Assembly (NCBI RefSeq): GCF_004010195.1
Contig: NC_057718.1
Coordinates: 95,978,354-96,014,242 of the forward strand
Direction of reading: 5' to 3'
DNA from: Chiloscyllium plagiosum
Taxonomy: Eukaryota
DNA length: 35,889 bases
The notes below the pieces were generated by a model. That model searched no databases. It was not told the DNA's origin and saw nothing but the letters and a program-made list of their open reading frames with translations. Below, one piece after another: positions 33,470 through 35,889 of this stretch; within the stretch, counting starts at the first letter, position 1; the number at the start of each line of letters is the position of its first letter. A program made the position numbers and the translations under genes.

Positions 33470-34380
33470 ATCATAGGAATATAGGAACAGGAGAAGACCA
33501 TTTAGTCCCCTGACCCTGTTCCACTATTCAATGAGATCATCAGGTGGCACGGTGGCTCAGTGGTTAGCACTGCCGCCTCACAGCACCAGGGTCCCAGGTT
33601 CAATTCTAGCCTCCTGTCTGTGTGGAGTTTGCATATTCTTCCCGTGTCAGCATGGGTTTCCTCCGGGTACTCCAGTTTCCTCCCACAGTCCAAAAACGTG
33701 CAGGTCAGGTGAATTGGCCATGTTAAATTGCCCATAGTGTTAGGTGCATAAGCAAGATGGGAATGGGTGGGTTACTCTTCAGAGGGTCAGTGTGGACTTG
33801 TTGGGCTGAAGGGCCTGTTTCCACACTGTAGGGAATCTAATCTAATCACTGATTTGTGCCCTAACTCCATATACCTGCCTTTGGACCATATCCTTTAATA
33901 CCTTTGCTTAACAAAAATCATTTAGCTCAAAATTAACAAATGATCAAGCATCAGCTGCCGTTTGGGGGAGAGAATTCTACCACCATTTGTGTGTAGACAT
34001 GCTCTATAACATCTCTCCCGAATGGCGCTAATTCTCAGACTATATCCCTCACTTCTAGAGTCTCCAATCAGTGTAAATTGTTTAATTTTATCTCCCTTGT
34101 CTTCTCCTGTTAATGTTTTGAAGACTTCGATCAGCTCACCCCTTAACCATCAAAATTGGAGGAAAAAACCGGCCTAATCTGTATAATCTCATCTCATCTC
34201 ATAATTTAAACTTTGAAGTCCAGGTATTATTCTTGTAAACCTGTGTTGTATTCCATCCAAGGCCAGTATATCCTTCCTGAGGTATGGTGCCCAGACCCGC
34301 TCAGTGTAGTCCAAGTGGGGTCTAATGAGGATTTGGTATAGCTACGGCCTAACGTCTGTGTCCTTATACTCTTCATTCCT
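33470..34380 (-). mobile_element. CR1 LINE 3' fragment split by HE1
   Basis: cataggaatataggaacaggagaagaccatttag...attcaatgagatcat | ctgatttgtg...ccaaggccagtatatccttcctgaggtatggtgcccaga...ccaagtggggtcta. Confidence 0.8.
33543..33846 (+). mobile_element. HE1 SINE, full length
   Basis: ggtggcacggtggctcagtggttagcactgccgcc...ggttcaattc...gggaatctaatctaatc. Confidence 0.92.
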
Positions 34381-34411
34381 ATATTCCTATACCCTTATTC
34401 CTATACATATA

Positions 34412-34530
34412 CTTATGGGGATAAGGCCAGAACAGGGTACTGATTGTGGACGATCAATCATGATCATAATGAATGGTGGTGTCAGCTCGAAGGGCCGAAT
34501 GGCCTACTCCTGCATCTAATGTCTATTATT
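34412..34530 (+). mobile_element. CR1 3' terminal fragment, sense orientation
   Basis: ttatggggataaggc...gatcaatcatgatcataatgaatggtggtgtcagctcgaagggccgaatggcctactcctgc. Confidence 0.75.
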
Positions 34531-35163
34531 GTCTGGTCCTCTGGATATAAAGGCTAATATTTCCATTAAGTACAGCATAATATATTCATCCCTCACCTTT
34601 TGTGCCACCTTTTTGCGAGTGTGAGAGCATGGATTTATTAGCTTTTGGAGCTGAAAAGATGTCCATGTTGCCATGGAGATTCATCTAATTCACCCAGGCT
34701 CATTCATACTTAAACTTTGCACCTGGAGTAGAGTACTGATACTTAGCAAATCCACTCTTGGCACTACGGTCTTGTTTACTGCAGCTGGCAGTCAATCTTG
34801 AACTGTTGCCAATGTTAAATCCATCTGCTGGTACCTCTGGCAGTAAAGGACCATTGTAAATGAAAATATGCTAATTATTTCCTGCCCAGGTGAGAAATGT
34901 GGCAGAAATCTCATCCCAGGGATTAAGTAGGGTTCGAATTGGGACTGAAATAAAGCACAAAATATAGAAAAATTACCTTTCTTTCCAAACGTTATACGAG
35001 TAGATTTACAAACGTAAATGCTGCTGGGTGAGGTGACAGAAGATGATTTGCTGTATTAACATGACACACTGCCAGGTCATTCTGTTCCCTTGTAAGGATA
35101 TCTGTGTTACAAGATGGCTTTGTTGAAGTTCTTTCTGGGAAATAAAAACACTTTTATCTCAGA

Positions 35164-35420
35164 GATCCTGTAGACAAAGAACAGCAGGTGAACTCTCCCC
35201 AGTACCCTCAAGAGTATTTATCCCTCCATTGGCAGCACCAAGGCAGCCCATCTAGTTATTATTCTATTACTGTTTGTGGAATCCTGCTGTGCACAGATTG
35301 GCAGCTGCACTTCCGATATTAAAATGGTTCCCATCCAGCAAAAGGTACTTCATTAGCTGTAAGATGCATCAGGATGCCCTCAGGTTCTGGGAAAGATATT
35401 TGATAAAAGCAAGTCTTTAC
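35164..35420 (+). mobile_element. DeuSINE (SacSINE1/AmnSINE-related) Deu domain and tail
   Basis: tatttatccctc...ctgtttgtggaatcctgctgtgcacagattggcagctgc...tacttcattagctgtaa...gcaagtcttt matches the Deu-domain pattern as I recall it. Confidence 0.75.
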
Positions 35421-35889
35421 CCCTTTAGACTGAATTCCTTTCATAATAAATATGGGCCAAGTGCAGTCCTTTCCAGAGGCGTGCATTGATACTTAGACAG
35501 ATTGACAGGTCATAGACAGCAGAATGGTTGGTATGTCATACTGCTCAGGGAATAGTTACTGCTTGCGGAGTAGATTAGTGAGAATTGGGTTAGTACCATG
35601 TGTGTGCATTGATGTAATTCCAGCACACCCGAAGTTGGCTGCATAAATGGGAATTTAGTGCTGCAGAAGAAGCTGTGCTGTATTCATCAGAACATCTGAA
35701 GTCCTCTCCAACTATAGTAGCTGGAACTCTCTCTCCATCCCATACCCAAAGCCCTCACTGTGTCGGGTGCTTGAAGCCCTCACCCTCAGCCTGTCTCATA
35801 CTTGGAGCCCTCGCACTTTGACATACCCTCAGCCTCACCCTATCCAATTCCCCTCACCTTCTTCCATTTCCCCCATCACACCCTGTCCC

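Noticed and set aside
35740..35889. C-rich end with recurring CCCTCA
   Set aside because: No regular period; low-complexity sequence cut by the window edge.

Overview
Eukaryotic, repeat-dense DNA from a cartilaginous fish (elasmobranch; the HE1 SINE / HER1 LINE content and (TAATC)n SINE tails suggest a carpet shark, which is an inference). I recognise no host protein-coding gene. The window looks intronic or intergenic, and almost all listed ORFs are fragments of retroelements or random frames. Roughly half of it is mobile-element relics: about nine HE1 (V-SINE) copies, HER1/CR1 LINE fragments, a second tRNA-derived SINE with its partner LINE, DeuSINE (SacSINE1-like) relics, L2-like relics, solo-LTR-like elements, a two-exon Harbinger Myb/SANT-like relic, and many Penelope-like (PLE) insertions, several with clear target-site duplications (TSDs). 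The most notable signals are: minimal hammerhead-ribozyme motifs in the PLE terminal repeats (one with an intact core at 26236-26271); a degenerate telomeric (CCCTAA)n array inserted into a LINE and later hit by a young SINE; a 137-bp templated copy of a chimeric junction flanked by a 9-bp direct repeat; a tRNA-Glu 5' fragment at an insertion junction; a perfect palindrome rich in transcription-factor motifs; and a CpG-rich exon-like island near 30 kb. I cannot support a wholly new biological system. Repeat family names come from my recall of consensus sequences, not database searches, and boundaries of old repeats are approximate.
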